From NCBI GenBank assembly GCA_041687695.1, contig JAWLBL010000019.1, positions 1 through 64,000 on the forward strand: 64,000 nt of DNA, in the 5' to 3' direction. Each line of letters starts with the position of its first letter. Positions within the stretch are counted from its first letter, which is position 1. Origin of the DNA: Myxococcota bacterium. GTDB taxonomy: Bacteria; Myxococcota_A; UBA9042; PHBI01; JAWLBL01. The position numbers and the translations under genes were made by a program. The notes beneath the pieces are model-generated. The model searched no databases. It was not told where the DNA came from and saw only the letters and a program-made list of their open reading frames with translations. Below, piece after piece: positions 49,219 to 59,751 of the stretch.

Positions 49219-50612
49219 CGCGCGCCCCTCACGTGCTCGTGGCCGCCCTGATGGCAGGGCTGGCGCTGGCGGCTTGCTTCGAAGGCGGTCCGCTGGGGGC
49301 GGGCGCCCCCGATGGCCTCGACGAGGTCGCCGACACGGCCGGGCCGGCCGACGTGGTGGACCCGATGCCCGACGTGGTCACGGTGCCGGACACGAGCAAG
49401 GAGCCGGATCCGGGGACGCCGGACGCGGCGCCCGAGCTGCCCGAGGGGCCGCCGTGCTTGAGCGACTTCGACTGCCAGGCGGTCGAGGTGGCGAACCTGT
49501 GCCTGGGGCCGGTCAAGTGCGTCGACTACGTGTGCCGGCAGGACGGCAGCGCGCCGGTGACGTGCGAGGCGCCCGACGACGCGTGCCTCGAGGCGGTGTG
49601 CGATCCGGAGACGGGCGGGTGCGTCGAGGAGCCGGTGTGCGTGTGCAAGCCGCTGGCGGCGACGCTGAAGTGCGGGCAGCTGGTCAAGCTGTCGACGGCC
49701 GACGCCGGGGCGACGGCGTCGATGACGGGGTACGCCTGCGGGCCCGAGTCCAAGCAGACCGGCGAGCACACGTGGCTGTTCGAGGCCAAGGCCGACGGGC
49801 CGGTGAAGGTCACGGCCAAGGCCAGCAAGCTCAGCGGCATCTATGTCCTGGGGTGGGACGGGGAGAACTGCCAGCGTGACGAGTGCGTCGGGGGCGGGGA
49901 GGGCGCGGTGGCGTTCGCGGCCCAGGCCGGCAAGACGTATGCCGTCGTGGTCGAGCACCCGGTGGGCGCGCCGGTGGCGCTGCAGGTGCAGCTGCAGTGC
50001 AACATCGGTTACGAGCTGGACTGCACCGACGGCGTCGACGACGACGGCGACGGGCTGACCGACTGTGACGACGTGGACGACTGCGGCGGGCTGTCGGGGT
50101 GCGCGCCGCCGTTCGAGTCCGTGTGCGACGACGAGATCGACGACGACGGGGACGGGCTGACCGACTGCGCCGACGACGACTGCGACGCGTCGCCGGACTG
50201 CAAGCAGACCTGCAAGGTCTGGTCGACGCCCATGTTCACCTGCAGCCTCAAGACCTACGCGTGGGCGGTCAAGAGCGACTCCTTGGCGACCGCGACCGAC
50301 TACGCGTGCCCGAGCGGCCCGACGGTGGCCGCCGGCCGGGAAGAGGGCTTCACGTTCAAGGACGGCATGGCGGCTCCGGGGACGCTGGTCAACGTGCAGC
50401 TGACCGGGGCGGGCCCATTGTCGCTGTACGTCCTGAAGAACCAGGCTGGCGGGACCGGCGAGTGCAACCCCAAGCACTGCGCCGCCGGCGGGACCAAGTC
50501 GGCGAACTTCGTCTACAACCCGGGCGAGACCTACTACTTCGTCGTCGAGGCGGCCAGCGGGCTGGCGCTGCCGGCGGACTACACGCTCAACTGGAGCTGC
50601 CTGGAGCCCTGA
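49206..50612 (+). CDS. Cys/Asp-rich lipoprotein
   Basis: GGAGG then GTG 49206; lipobox LAAC; CxDxxDDDGDGLTDC repeats flanked by beta-sandwich-like modules. Confidence 0.75.
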   Translation: MDALTRAPHVLVAALMAGLALAACFEGGPLGAGAPDGLDEVADTAGPADVVDPMPDVVTVPDTSKEPDPGTPDAAPELPEGPPCLSDFDCQAVEVANLCLGPVKCVDYVCRQDGSAPVTCEAPDDACLEAVCDPETGGCVEEPVCVCKPLAATLKCGQLVKLSTADAGATASMTGYACGPESKQTGEHTWLFEAKADGPVKVTAKASKLSGIYVLGWDGENCQRDECVGGGEGAVAFAAQAGKTYAVVVEHPVGAPVALQVQLQCNIGYELDCTDGVDDDGDGLTDCDDVDDCGGLSGCAPPFESVCDDEIDDDGDGLTDCADDDCDASPDCKQTCKVWSTPMFTCSLKTYAWAVKSDSLATATDYACPSGPTVAAGREEGFTFKDGMAAPGTLVNVQLTGAGPLSLYVLKNQAGGTGECNPKHCAAGGTKSANFVYNPGETYYFVVEAASGLALPADYTLNWSCLEP

Positions 50613-50624
50613 CGGGCGCGCCGC

Positions 50625-52142
50625 TCACTCCTTGGGAACGCACACGCCGCCGCTGCAGTCGTCGGTGCACCACCACTCGCCGGTCTCGCTGTCGCAGCCG
50701 CAGGTCGATGGCGCGCAGCCCTGCTCGGTGTCACACCAGCTGCCCTCGGGGCACCCCTTGTCGACGCACCCGGACGGGTCGTGGGCGGGGTCGCACAGGT
50801 TGGTCTCGGGGTCCGGGACGCAAACGCCGCCGCCACAGTCGGTCAAGCACGTCCACCCGCCGGTGCTTGCGTCGCAGCCACAGGACGACGGCGCGCAGCC
50901 CTGCGTCGTGTCGCACAGGTAGCCCTTCTTGCAGCCGGTCTGCAGGCACCCGGCCGGGTTCATCGACGGGTCGCAGGCGCTGGCCGTGTCCGGGACGCAC
51001 ACGCCGCCGCCGCAGTCCTTGTTGCACATCCAGGCGCCGGACTCGGCGTCGCAGCTGCACTGCGACGGCGCGCAGCCGGCTTCAGTGTCGCAGGTCTCGC
51101 CCTTGGCGCAGCCGGTGACCTTACACCCGACCGGGTTCGGCCCTTCGCAGGCGCCGCCGCCCTCGGGGACGCACACACCGCCGCCACAGTCCTCGGTGCA
51201 GATCCAGGCGCCGGCCTCGGCGTCGCAGCTGCACTGCGACGGCGCACACCCGGCCTCGGTGTCGCAGGTCTCGCCCTTGGCGCAGCCGGTGACCTTGCAC
51301 CCGACCGGGCTCGGCCCTTCGCAGGCGCCGCCGCCCTCGGGGACGCACACGCCGCCGCCGCAGTCCTTGTTGCACAGCCAGGCGCCGGACTCGGCGTCGC
51401 AGCTGCACTGCGACGGCGCGCAGCCGGCCGCCGTGTCGCACACGTAGCCGTCGTCGCAGCCGGTGACCTTGCAGCCCACCGGGTTGGGAGCGTCGCAGCC
51501 AGAGCCCGTGTCGGGGACGCAGACCCCGCCGCTGCAGTCGGGCGTGCAGACCCAGGTGCCCGTCGCCTCGTCGCACAGGCACCCGCTCGACAGGCAGCTG
51601 GACACGGGCTCGCACACCCAGCCCGCCTCGCAGCCACCCGGCGAGCAGCCCTGCGGGTTCGGCCCCTCGCACGCGACCGGCTGCTCCTCGGGCACGCAGG
51701 TGCCGCCGCCGCAGTCCTCGGTGCAGATCCAGCCGCCCGTGTCTTCGTCGCAGGTGCACTGCGACGGCAGACACCCCAGCAGCTCGCAGGCCTGGCCCTC
51801 GGGGCAGCCGGTGTGCTTGCAGCCCGCGGGGTTCGGGCCTTCGCAGCCGATCGGGCCGGCGTCCGCCTGGGTCGCGTCGTCCGTCGTCGCGTCGGCCGTC
51901 GTCGCGTCGGCCTCGTCGACGTCGTCGGAGGGCGAGGTCTCGGGGATCGAGCCGTCGGGCCCGTCCGCGTCGGCCTGCACGTCCGGCCCGGCCGCGTCCG
52001 ACGCGACGTCCAGCTGCGCCTTCGCGTCCTCGGCCGACACCGCCGGATCCCCTTCGCAGCCCGTCGCGCCGGCCGCCAGCACCAGCGCCAGCGCCACCAT
52101 CACGACTCCGCACCGTCCGGTCACGCCTCGGATCCCACGCAT
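50625..52142 (-). CDS. Lipoprotein with seven tandem 10-Cys repeats
   Basis: GAGGAG RBS; signal ending ATGC; repeat C...P.GC...GC..G..C....C..S.C.CD...G.W.C..DC.GG.CVP. Confidence 0.85.
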   Translation of the reverse strand: MRGIRGVTGRCGVVMVALALVLAAGATGCEGDPAVSAEDAKAQLDVASDAAGPDVQADADGPDGSIPETSPSDDVDEADATTADATTDDATQADAGPIGCEGPNPAGCKHTGCPEGQACELLGCLPSQCTCDEDTGGWICTEDCGGGTCVPEEQPVACEGPNPQGCSPGGCEAGWVCEPVSSCLSSGCLCDEATGTWVCTPDCSGGVCVPDTGSGCDAPNPVGCKVTGCDDGYVCDTAAGCAPSQCSCDAESGAWLCNKDCGGGVCVPEGGGACEGPSPVGCKVTGCAKGETCDTEAGCAPSQCSCDAEAGAWICTEDCGGGVCVPEGGGACEGPNPVGCKVTGCAKGETCDTEAGCAPSQCSCDAESGAWMCNKDCGGGVCVPDTASACDPSMNPAGCLQTGCKKGYLCDTTQGCAPSSCGCDASTGGWTCLTDCGGGVCVPDPETNLCDPAHDPSGCVDKGCPEGSWCDTEQGCAPSTCGCDSETGEWWCTDDCSGGVCVPKE

Positions 52143-52274
52143 CGTCCTCTCCTCGCGTCGATGCCGCCCTCCTTAGCAAAACGGCCCGCTCGCCGATAGG
52201 GCCGGCGCCCCGAACGCGCCTCACCTCCTGGCGCGGCCTTGCATCTCGCCGGGTTCTCCGCTTGGGTGGACCGC

Positions 52275-53096
52275 ATGCACCCCGTCGCCGCGCTCGCCGC
52301 GCTCGCCGCCCTGTGGCCGATCTCCAACCCGCCGCCGGCCGATCCGCCCCCGGCCCCCGCGCCGGCGGCCGACCCCGTCCCGCCGGGGCTGCGCTGCCTG
52401 GTCGCGGCCTACCCGGACCACCTGTGCGGCGCGACGCCCACCGAGCTGGTCTGGTGCGACGGCACCCGCATGGCGTGGGACGATGGCCGCGACAAGGCCG
52501 ACCACGCGGCCCGCCTCGCCGACGCCGACCTCGAGGAGCAGCTCTCGCAGCCCTATACCCGAGGCGTCTGGACACCCCCGCCGGCCGTCGACGCCGACCC
52601 CGGGCGCCTGCGCCACGAGCCGTTCTTCCACAAGATGTACGGCGCCACGGCCGCGCAGGTGCGACGCCAGACGGCCCCCGTCCGCTGGCTCGACGGCGCC
52701 GCGGTCCGCGTGACGACCGTCAACCGGGTGCACGAGCGCCTGCAGGCCGTCTCGGACGAGCTCGCTGGCCTCCCCGCGGCGCTGCGGCAGAAGGTCGCCA
52801 AGACCGCCGGCACCTTCAACTGGCGCCGCATCCACGGCACGGCGCGGCTGAGCACCCACGCCTTCGCCATCGCCATCGACGTCGGCGTGCCGCTGTCGGA
52901 CTACTGGCGCTGGGTGAAGCCGGACGCCGAGGGCCGGCTGCCCTACCGCAACCGCATCCCCGACGAGGTCGTGGCCGTGTTCGAGCGCCACGGTTTCATC
53001 TGGGGCGGCAAGTGGTACCACTTCGACACGATGCACTTCGAGTACCGGCCGGAGCTGCTCGGCTGCACGCCCCCCAGCCTGCCGCCGCGTCCCTGA
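52275..53096 (+). CDS. M15-family metallopeptidase (cell-wall D-Ala-D-Ala / L-Ala-D-Glu peptidase-like)
   Basis: FNWRRI...LSTHAFAIAID...FERHGFIWGGKWYHFDTMHFEYRPEL. Confidence 0.88.
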   Translation: MHPVAALAALAALWPISNPPPADPPPAPAPAADPVPPGLRCLVAAYPDHLCGATPTELVWCDGTRMAWDDGRDKADHAARLADADLEEQLSQPYTRGVWTPPPAVDADPGRLRHEPFFHKMYGATAAQVRRQTAPVRWLDGAAVRVTTVNRVHERLQAVSDELAGLPAALRQKVAKTAGTFNWRRIHGTARLSTHAFAIAIDVGVPLSDYWRWVKPDAEGRLPYRNRIPDEVVAVFERHGFIWGGKWYHFDTMHFEYRPELLGCTPPSLPPRP

Positions 53097-53133
53097 GCGC
53101 GGCGCGGCGCGGCCGCCGGCGCCGACCGGGGCT

Positions 53134-53184
53134 GGTTGCATCGCCAGTTACACGTAGGTTACAGTCCCCACGGAATCGGTTACC
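53134..53184 (+). promoter_or_regulatory. Four phased RGTTRCM heptamer direct repeats upstream of the regulator
   Basis: GGTTGCA 53134, AGTTACA 53146, GGTTACA 53157, GGTTACC 53178 (spacings 12, 11, 21). Confidence 0.5.
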
Positions 53185-53196
53185 GGGGGGGCACGG

Positions 53197-56100
53197 ATGC
53201 AGGCGATCCTGGAGCAGGCCCAGGTGTTGCCGCGAAGACACATCGCGGCGCGGATCGATCCGCCGGAAGGAGGCGGGGCGCTGGTGACCACGATGGTGGC
53301 GCCGGCGGGTTACGGCAAGACGACGCTGCTCCGCTCGCTGGCGGCGCGCAACGGCGGGCTCCCGAGCGCGCTGTTCATCGCGCTGGGGCAGTGCGAGAAC
53401 CACGTCGGGCTGTTCCTCGACGCGCTCATCGCCGCCCTGCAGGAGACGCTGCCCAGGGCCGACGCCCGCTCGCTGCTGGCGTTCAAGAAGACCGTCCCGG
53501 CCGAGGAGTACGGGCTGCGGCTGCCCTACGTGCTGTCGCGCGTGGTGGAGCGCGCGGTCGACGGCGCGGGCTCCGACAACCTCGTGCTGTTGCTCGACGA
53601 CGTGCAGCTGCTGCGCCCCGGCGAGCCGCTGGCCGAGCTGCTTGCGGCGCTGCTGCGCGAGCCGTCGCTGCCCATCCGCTACGTGCTGGCGTCGCGCCAG
53701 AGCATCCCCTTCGACCTCAGCGTGCACCGCCAGGCGGGCACGCTGGTCGAGCTGACCAGCCAGGAGCTCGAGTTCACGCCGGGCGAGGTCCAGGAGCTGC
53801 TGGCCGCGCACGTGGGGCGCGACATCTCGCCGGCCATCGCCGAGCGCGTCTGGGCGCGGACCCACGGCTGGGCGGGCGGCCTCGGGCTGCTGCTGATGCT
53901 GGCGCGTGACACGTCGCCGGAGGAGCTGGCGCAGTTTCTGGACGGGCTGTCGGGCAGCGAGGGCCCGCTCGTCGACTTCGTCGTGCAGCGGCTGCTTCAA
54001 GAGCAGCGGCCCCAGGTCCAGTACTTCATGAAGGTCGTGTCCGTCCTCGAGCGCGTCGACCACGAGGTCGTGACGGCGCTGTTCGCGTCGCAGACGCAGG
54101 GGCACCGCGGCTCGGTGGAGGGGCGCCGGGCCTTCATCCAGCTGCCCGAGCGCGAGCTGGCGACCTACCTGAGGATGCTCGAGGAGTCGCAGATCCTGGT
54201 CCAGTCGGCCGGGCACCCGCAGCAGCTGCGGTTCAACCCGCTGGTCGGCGCCGCCCTGCGCGGCGTGCTCGCCCGTGAGGACGTCGTCGTCTATCGCGAG
54301 GCGCATCGACGGGCCGCGCAGTGGCACCTGGACAAGGGCGGCGAGATCGGCCCCGCGGCGCTCGACCACCTGGTCGAGGCCGAGGACTACGAACGGCTGA
54401 TGGAGGTGCTCGAGCACGAGGCCGAGCGCTTCTTCACGGCCGGCTACCACCGGCACCTGTCCCAGTGGCTCATCAAGCTCGAGGCGCGCTACGCGACGCT
54501 GCCGCTGTGGGCCAGCTACTACCTGGGCCGCGTCTACTCGATGCTGGGCGAGTGGGACAAGGCGCGCGGCTATCTGGACCGCTGCAAGCGCGCCCTGAGC
54601 GAGCGCGAGCGCGAGGGAGACCTGTGGCGCTGGCACCCGCGGCTGTGTCTCGGCTACGCGAGCATGTACTGGCGCCGCGGCATGCAGAACGACGCCAGCA
54701 CCTACTGCCGCCGCGGCCTGGACTACCTCCGGCAGCTCGAGCGGCGCGGCGCCATCGCCGACGAGCAGCGGGTCGAGACGGTGGGCCTGCAGCTGGCGCT
54801 GCTGAACCTGCTGGGGACGCTCAAGCTCGAGGCGGGCGCCTACGACAAGGCGGCCGAGGTCTTCAGCGAGTCGCTGGCGCTGGCGCGCGAGGCGGGGCTG
54901 TCGGTCGAGGCGGCCACGGCCCTGAAGAACCTGGGCGTCATCGCCACGCGGCGCGGCGACGTCGCGGCTGGCACGCGCCACTACGAAGAGGCGATGGGAC
55001 GCATCCAGCGCGACCAGGACGTCGAGCTGTACGGCATGCTGGCGTTCCAGCTGGGCTTCAACCATCTGATCCTGGGCCGCTACGACGAGGCGCGGCAGCT
55101 GCTCGAGGAGGCGCTGGCCATCCGCCTCGACACGGGGCACCCGGGCAGCATCACGCAGACCCTGACCGCCCTCGGGCAGCTGCACGCCGCGGCCGGGCAG
55201 CCGGAGCTGGCCGATCGCGCCTATCGCCGCGCCGTGCGCATGCTCGAGTCGGTCGGCAATCTGAAGATGCGCGCCGAGACCCTGGACCGCTACGCGGCCT
55301 TCCTGGCCAGCGCCGGCAAGATCCACGAGTCCCAGTCCATGTACGACCGCGCCGAGGGACTCATCGGCGGGTTGCTGCGGTCGGACGCGTCGCTGGTGGC
55401 GCTGCATCGCGAGAGCGCGATGGAGCTGATGCTGGCCCGCGGTCGCCCCGAGGACGCGCTCGCGAACCTGAGCGGGGCCATCGAACGCTACGAGAAGCTG
55501 GGCGAGCGCTACCACGTCTCGCGGCTGTACTGGCGCGCGGCGGGCATCCACCATCGCCTGTTCCTCGAGGAGCGGCGCGGCACCCCGGAGTCGGTCGTGT
55601 CGTACCTGGAGCTGGCCTGCGCCGAGGCCAACCGCCAGGGCTGGTGCTTCGGCCTCGAGCGGCGCTTCCGCGAGCTCATCCTGGTCGGCCGCGCCCTGGG
55701 GCACCCGGAGGCCATGCGCTACTGCCAGCGCATGCTCGAGCGCATCGACGCGGAGGCCGCGCAAGACGACCCCATCGCCTGTCTGCCGGACGCCGCGGCC
55801 CAGCGCTACAACCGCTTCCAGCAGCGCTTCGAGCGCGACGACGAGTACGTCGTCACGACCCGTGACGGGCGCTCCGGCGCGAGCGACAAGCGTCTGGACG
55901 AGATCCTGACCGGGCGCGGCGCCCACTCGCTCATCGTGCTGGCCGACCGACAGGAGATGGTCAACTACGGTCAGGCCGTCGCGCTGGGCCAAAAGCGCGT
56001 CATCCTGCCGCTGCTCGTCCACTTCCTGACCCACCCGGACCGCACGTTCACGATGAACGAGCTGGCGACGGAGGTGTGGGGGGTCGAGGACGAGTCGGAG

Positions 56101-56274
56101 ACGCTCAAGACCAAGGTGAAGGTCGCGATCTCGCGGCTGCGGACGCTGCTCGGCAAGGGGCGCGAGTACGTGCAGACCGGGCGGCGGCAGGACGGCGAGC
56201 GGGGTTCCCTGGTCACCTACGGCCTCGCCCCCAACGTCGAGTACTACCTGTTCGAGCCGGCGCGCCGCGAATAG
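53197..56274 (+). CDS. MalT-like STAND ATPase transcriptional regulator with TPR repeats and a C-terminal winged helix
   Basis: Walker A APAGYGKTT, Walker B LVLLLDD, THGWAGGL, TPR helices, ELATEVWG...KVAISRLRTLL. Confidence 0.88.
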   Translation: MQAILEQAQVLPRRHIAARIDPPEGGGALVTTMVAPAGYGKTTLLRSLAARNGGLPSALFIALGQCENHVGLFLDALIAALQETLPRADARSLLAFKKTVPAEEYGLRLPYVLSRVVERAVDGAGSDNLVLLLDDVQLLRPGEPLAELLAALLREPSLPIRYVLASRQSIPFDLSVHRQAGTLVELTSQELEFTPGEVQELLAAHVGRDISPAIAERVWARTHGWAGGLGLLLMLARDTSPEELAQFLDGLSGSEGPLVDFVVQRLLQEQRPQVQYFMKVVSVLERVDHEVVTALFASQTQGHRGSVEGRRAFIQLPERELATYLRMLEESQILVQSAGHPQQLRFNPLVGAALRGVLAREDVVVYREAHRRAAQWHLDKGGEIGPAALDHLVEAEDYERLMEVLEHEAERFFTAGYHRHLSQWLIKLEARYATLPLWASYYLGRVYSMLGEWDKARGYLDRCKRALSEREREGDLWRWHPRLCLGYASMYWRRGMQNDASTYCRRGLDYLRQLERRGAIADEQRVETVGLQLALLNLLGTLKLEAGAYDKAAEVFSESLALAREAGLSVEAATALKNLGVIATRRGDVAAGTRHYEEAMGRIQRDQDVELYGMLAFQLGFNHLILGRYDEARQLLEEALAIRLDTGHPGSITQTLTALGQLHAAAGQPELADRAYRRAVRMLESVGNLKMRAETLDRYAAFLASAGKIHESQSMYDRAEGLIGGLLRSDASLVALHRESAMELMLARGRPEDALANLSGAIERYEKLGERYHVSRLYWRAAGIHHRLFLEERRGTPESVVSYLELACAEANRQGWCFGLERRFRELILVGRALGHPEAMRYCQRMLERIDAEAAQDDPIACLPDAAAQRYNRFQQRFERDDEYVVTTRDGRSGASDKRLDEILTGRGAHSLIVLADRQEMVNYGQAVALGQKRVILPLLVHFLTHPDRTFTMNELATEVWGVEDESETLKTKVKVAISRLRTLLGKGREYVQTGRRQDGERGSLVTYGLAPNVEYYLFEPARRE

Positions 56275-56384
56275 CGCGATCGCCCCGAAACGCCCAGGCG
56301 TCGCGAGGCCGTCGACGCGCGGCTGGTTGTCTCACCGGGCCGGGATCGCTATAAGGGCGGCTTCCTGGGAGAGGGGACGACACG

Positions 56385-59300
56385 ATGCGTGGGACAATGG
56401 CGCGTTGGGCATGGGCCTTGGCGGCGGCTGGCTTGATCTTCGCCGGCTGCTCGGACGACGCGACGTCGGGCGGCGGCGGCAAGGTCGACTTCGACGCCGG
56501 CCCGGACGGCGGCGGCTTACCGACCAAGGACGCGGCGCTCGACAGCGGCTCCGACGCTCCGGGCGGCGGTGACGCGGCGACCACGGACCCCGAGCTGCCC
56601 GAGTGGTTCGGCCAGCCGTGCGACGAGAACGCGGACTGCGAGGGCGGCTGGTGCGTGCAGGGCCAGAGCGGCTACGTGTGCACCAAGACCTGCACCGAGA
56701 GCTGCCCGGACGGCTACCTATGCAAGGGCGTGACGTCGCTCGGACCCGACGTCGTGTTCGTGTGCCTGCCGGACGTCCAGCGGCTGTGCGAGTCGTGCGT
56801 GGACGACCAGCAGTGCCCGCTGGGCGGGACCTGCCGGGCGTTCTCCGACGGGCAGTACTGCGTCAGCGTCTGCGACGGGGGCGCCGAGTGTCCGGTCGGC
56901 TATTCGTGCCAGGACGTCGGCCCCGAGCCGGGCGGCGAGGGCGCGCGCATGCGGTGCGTGCCCGACAGCGGCTCGTGCAGCTGCGGGGCGGGCGAGGCCG
57001 GCAAGGTGCGCAGCTGCCAGGTGACGAACGCGGCCGGGACGTGCCTGGGCCTGCAGACGTGCGGCGGGGCCGAGGGGTGGACCGCGTGCTCGGCCCAGAC
57101 GCCCCAGGCCGAGGCCTGCGACGGCGTGGACAACGACTGCGACGGGATCATCGACAACGGGCTGCCGACGGGGCTCGCCTGCGAGAACGTCGTCTCGGGC
57201 GTCGGCACGTGCGCGGGCACGCAGGTCTGCGCGGGTGAGGACGGCTGGGTGTGCAACGCGCCGCAGCCGTCGCAGGAGGTCTGCGACTACAAGGACAACG
57301 ACTGCGACGGGCAGACCGACGAGGGGTTCACCGACGCCAGCGGCAACTACACGAGCGACGCCCACTGCGGGGCGTGCAACGTGTCGTGCGCGGGCGCCGT
57401 CGCCAACGGCAGCGCGCTGTGCTCGACCGCCAAGAGCCCGCCGCAGTGCGTGGTGGCGGCGTGCGACCCGGGCTTCCTCAAGCTGAACGACTATCAGTGC
57501 GTCGCCGGGGTCAGCACCGTCTGCCAGGCCTGCTCGAGCGACGCGAACTGCCTGTTCGAGGGCTCCAAGTGCCTCGCGCTGGCCGACGGCAAGTTCTGCA
57601 CGCAGCCCTGCGGGTCGGTCGACGACTGTCCCGGCGGCTACGACTGCGAGGCCGTCGCCGGGGCGGCGTCCAAGCAGTGCGTCCCCTCGACCGGGTCGTG
57701 CAGCTGCGACGGCACCAACCTGACGCTGCAGCGCGGGTGCTCGAAGACCTTCCAGGGCTCGGCGACCAAGCCGGCCTACACCTGCGCCGGCGTCGAGAAG
57801 TGCACGCCGGGCGGCTGGGCGAGCTGCGAGCTGCCCGCCGACGTCTGCGACGGCCTCGACAACGACTGCGACGGCGTCATCGACAACGGCTACCTGAACC
57901 CGGTCACCGGCAAGTACACGAGCGACGCCCACTGCGGCGTCTGCGGCAACGACTGCGGCAACCTGGCCTTCGCCAACGCGGTCGGCCAGTGCGACACCGC
58001 GCCGGCCGTCCCCGGCTGCGTGATGGCGTGCAAGGCCGGCTTCTTCGACGTCAACGACAACCCCAACGACGGCTGCGAGTGCCAGGTGACGTCGGCGACG
58101 GACTTCCCGGGCGGCGCCGACACCAACTGCGACGGCGTCGACGGCGAGGTCGACAACGGCGTGTTCGTGTCCAAGGCGGGCGACGACGGCGCGCCCGGCA
58201 CGGTCGACATGCCGATGCGCACCATCCAGGCGGCGCTCGGGCGCGCGGCGGCCACGGGCAAGCGGGACGTGTACGTGGCGACGGGTGTGTACGTCGAGTC
58301 GGTGTCGCTGCAGGAGGGCATCGGGCTGTACGGCGGCTACAGCGCCGAGTTCGACCAGCGCGACGCGGCCGTGTACGAGACCGCCATCATCGGGCTGACG
58401 CCGACCGACGCGCTGCGTGGCGCGGTCAACGGCGTCTCGGTGGGGACGGGCGCCAAGAAGACGGTCCTCGACGGGTTCACGGTCTTCGGCGCGAACAACC
58501 CCGAGCCGGGCGGGTCGAGCTACGCCGTGTACCTGCGCAACGTCGGCCCGAACCTGGTGGTTGCCGACAACTACGTGGTCGCTGGCGACGGCGGGCACGG
58601 CGCCAACGGCGACGTGGGGTCCAACGGGGCCAACGGCCAGCCGGGCGCGCCGGGCGTGGCCGCGCAGAACACGTCCGGGACCAGCTGCACCACCAGCCAC
58701 CACGCCGCGGGCGGGGCGGGCGGGGCGCAGACCTGTGGCGGCGTCAGCACGGCGGGCGGCGTCGGCGGAACCCGGGTGTGCCCGAACGTCGCTGGCATCG
58801 CCGAAGCCGACTTCAGCGCGGCGACCCAGACCCCGACGGCCACCGAGCACGGCAAGGCCGGCTCGAACAACGACGCCTCGCAGGGCGCTGGCGGCGAGGC
58901 CGGCTGGCACAACCGCGTCCGCAACTCGTGCGCGACCTGCTCGTCGCCCAGCAAGCACACCACCGACGGCGCCCACGGGACCGCGGGGCGGCCCGGCCAG
59001 GACGGCGTCGGCGCGACGGCCTGCACCAACACCCAGGGCTACATCCTCAACGGCCACTGGAACTCGTACGCCGGCGGCGACGGCAAGGCCGGGACCGCGG
59101 GCGGCGGCGGCGGCGGCGGCGGCGCGGGCGGCGGCGTGGACCTCCCCAGCGGCTGCACGAGCAACAACAAGGCGGTCGGCGGATCGGGCGGCGGCGGCGG
59201 GTCGGGCGCCTGCGGCGCGTCGGGCGGCAAGGGCGGCACCGGCGGCGGGGGCAGCTTCGGCGTCTTCATGACCTTCGCGACGCCCCCGGCGACCCTGCCG

Positions 59301-59693
59301 CTGGTCTACGGCAACGTGATCGTGCGTGGCCGCGGCGGCGACGGCGGCGACGGCGGGGCGGGCGGCCTCGGCGGCTTCGGCGGCGCCGGCGGCGAAGGCG
59401 GCAGCAACAGCCAGGGCCCCGGCTCGCCGTGGGTCAGCATCTGCGGCAACTTCGGCGGCTGGGGCGGCAACGGCGGCAACGGCGGGCACGGCGCCGGCGG
59501 CGCGGGCGGCTGCGGCGGCGTCAGCTACGGCTTCTTCGTCGCCAACGCCGGGGCCAACCCGAACGTCGCGACCCTGCTGGACAACGAGTATCCGACCAGC
59601 GGCAAGGCGGGCTCGGGAGGCGTCGGCGGCTCCAGCTACGGCGCGCCGGGTCCGGTGGGTGCCACGGGCGCGCACGCGACCAAGAACTTCTGA
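56385..59693 (+). CDS. Large Cys-rich lipoprotein with MopE-related repeats, a DUF1565/beta-helix-like segment and a Gly-rich tail
   Basis: Lipobox FAGC; ExCDGxDNDCDG repeats; VFVS..GDD...GT...PMRTIQAA...VYVATGVY.E; GGxGG-rich C-terminus. Confidence 0.85.
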   Translation: MRGTMARWAWALAAAGLIFAGCSDDATSGGGGKVDFDAGPDGGGLPTKDAALDSGSDAPGGGDAATTDPELPEWFGQPCDENADCEGGWCVQGQSGYVCTKTCTESCPDGYLCKGVTSLGPDVVFVCLPDVQRLCESCVDDQQCPLGGTCRAFSDGQYCVSVCDGGAECPVGYSCQDVGPEPGGEGARMRCVPDSGSCSCGAGEAGKVRSCQVTNAAGTCLGLQTCGGAEGWTACSAQTPQAEACDGVDNDCDGIIDNGLPTGLACENVVSGVGTCAGTQVCAGEDGWVCNAPQPSQEVCDYKDNDCDGQTDEGFTDASGNYTSDAHCGACNVSCAGAVANGSALCSTAKSPPQCVVAACDPGFLKLNDYQCVAGVSTVCQACSSDANCLFEGSKCLALADGKFCTQPCGSVDDCPGGYDCEAVAGAASKQCVPSTGSCSCDGTNLTLQRGCSKTFQGSATKPAYTCAGVEKCTPGGWASCELPADVCDGLDNDCDGVIDNGYLNPVTGKYTSDAHCGVCGNDCGNLAFANAVGQCDTAPAVPGCVMACKAGFFDVNDNPNDGCECQVTSATDFPGGADTNCDGVDGEVDNGVFVSKAGDDGAPGTVDMPMRTIQAALGRAAATGKRDVYVATGVYVESVSLQEGIGLYGGYSAEFDQRDAAVYETAIIGLTPTDALRGAVNGVSVGTGAKKTVLDGFTVFGANNPEPGGSSYAVYLRNVGPNLVVADNYVVAGDGGHGANGDVGSNGANGQPGAPGVAAQNTSGTSCTTSHHAAGGAGGAQTCGGVSTAGGVGGTRVCPNVAGIAEADFSAATQTPTATEHGKAGSNNDASQGAGGEAGWHNRVRNSCATCSSPSKHTTDGAHGTAGRPGQDGVGATACTNTQGYILNGHWNSYAGGDGKAGTAGGGGGGGGAGGGVDLPSGCTSNNKAVGGSGGGGGSGACGASGGKGGTGGGGSFGVFMTFATPPATLPLVYGNVIVRGRGGDGGDGGAGGLGGFGGAGGEGGSNSQGPGSPWVSICGNFGGWGGNGGNGGHGAGGAGGCGGVSYGFFVANAGANPNVATLLDNEYPTSGKAGSGGVGGSSYGAPGPVGATGAHATKNF

Positions 59694-59751
59694 GCGCGGC
59701 GGCGGGGCGGGCGGCCCGGGGGAGCCCGGCGCCCGCCCGGCGCGCGACAGG

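Noticed and set aside
52275..53096. M15 peptidase as the RiPP leader protease
   Set aside because: Motifs indicate a secreted cell-wall peptidase acting on D-amino-acid bonds, and it is outside the rSAM operons.
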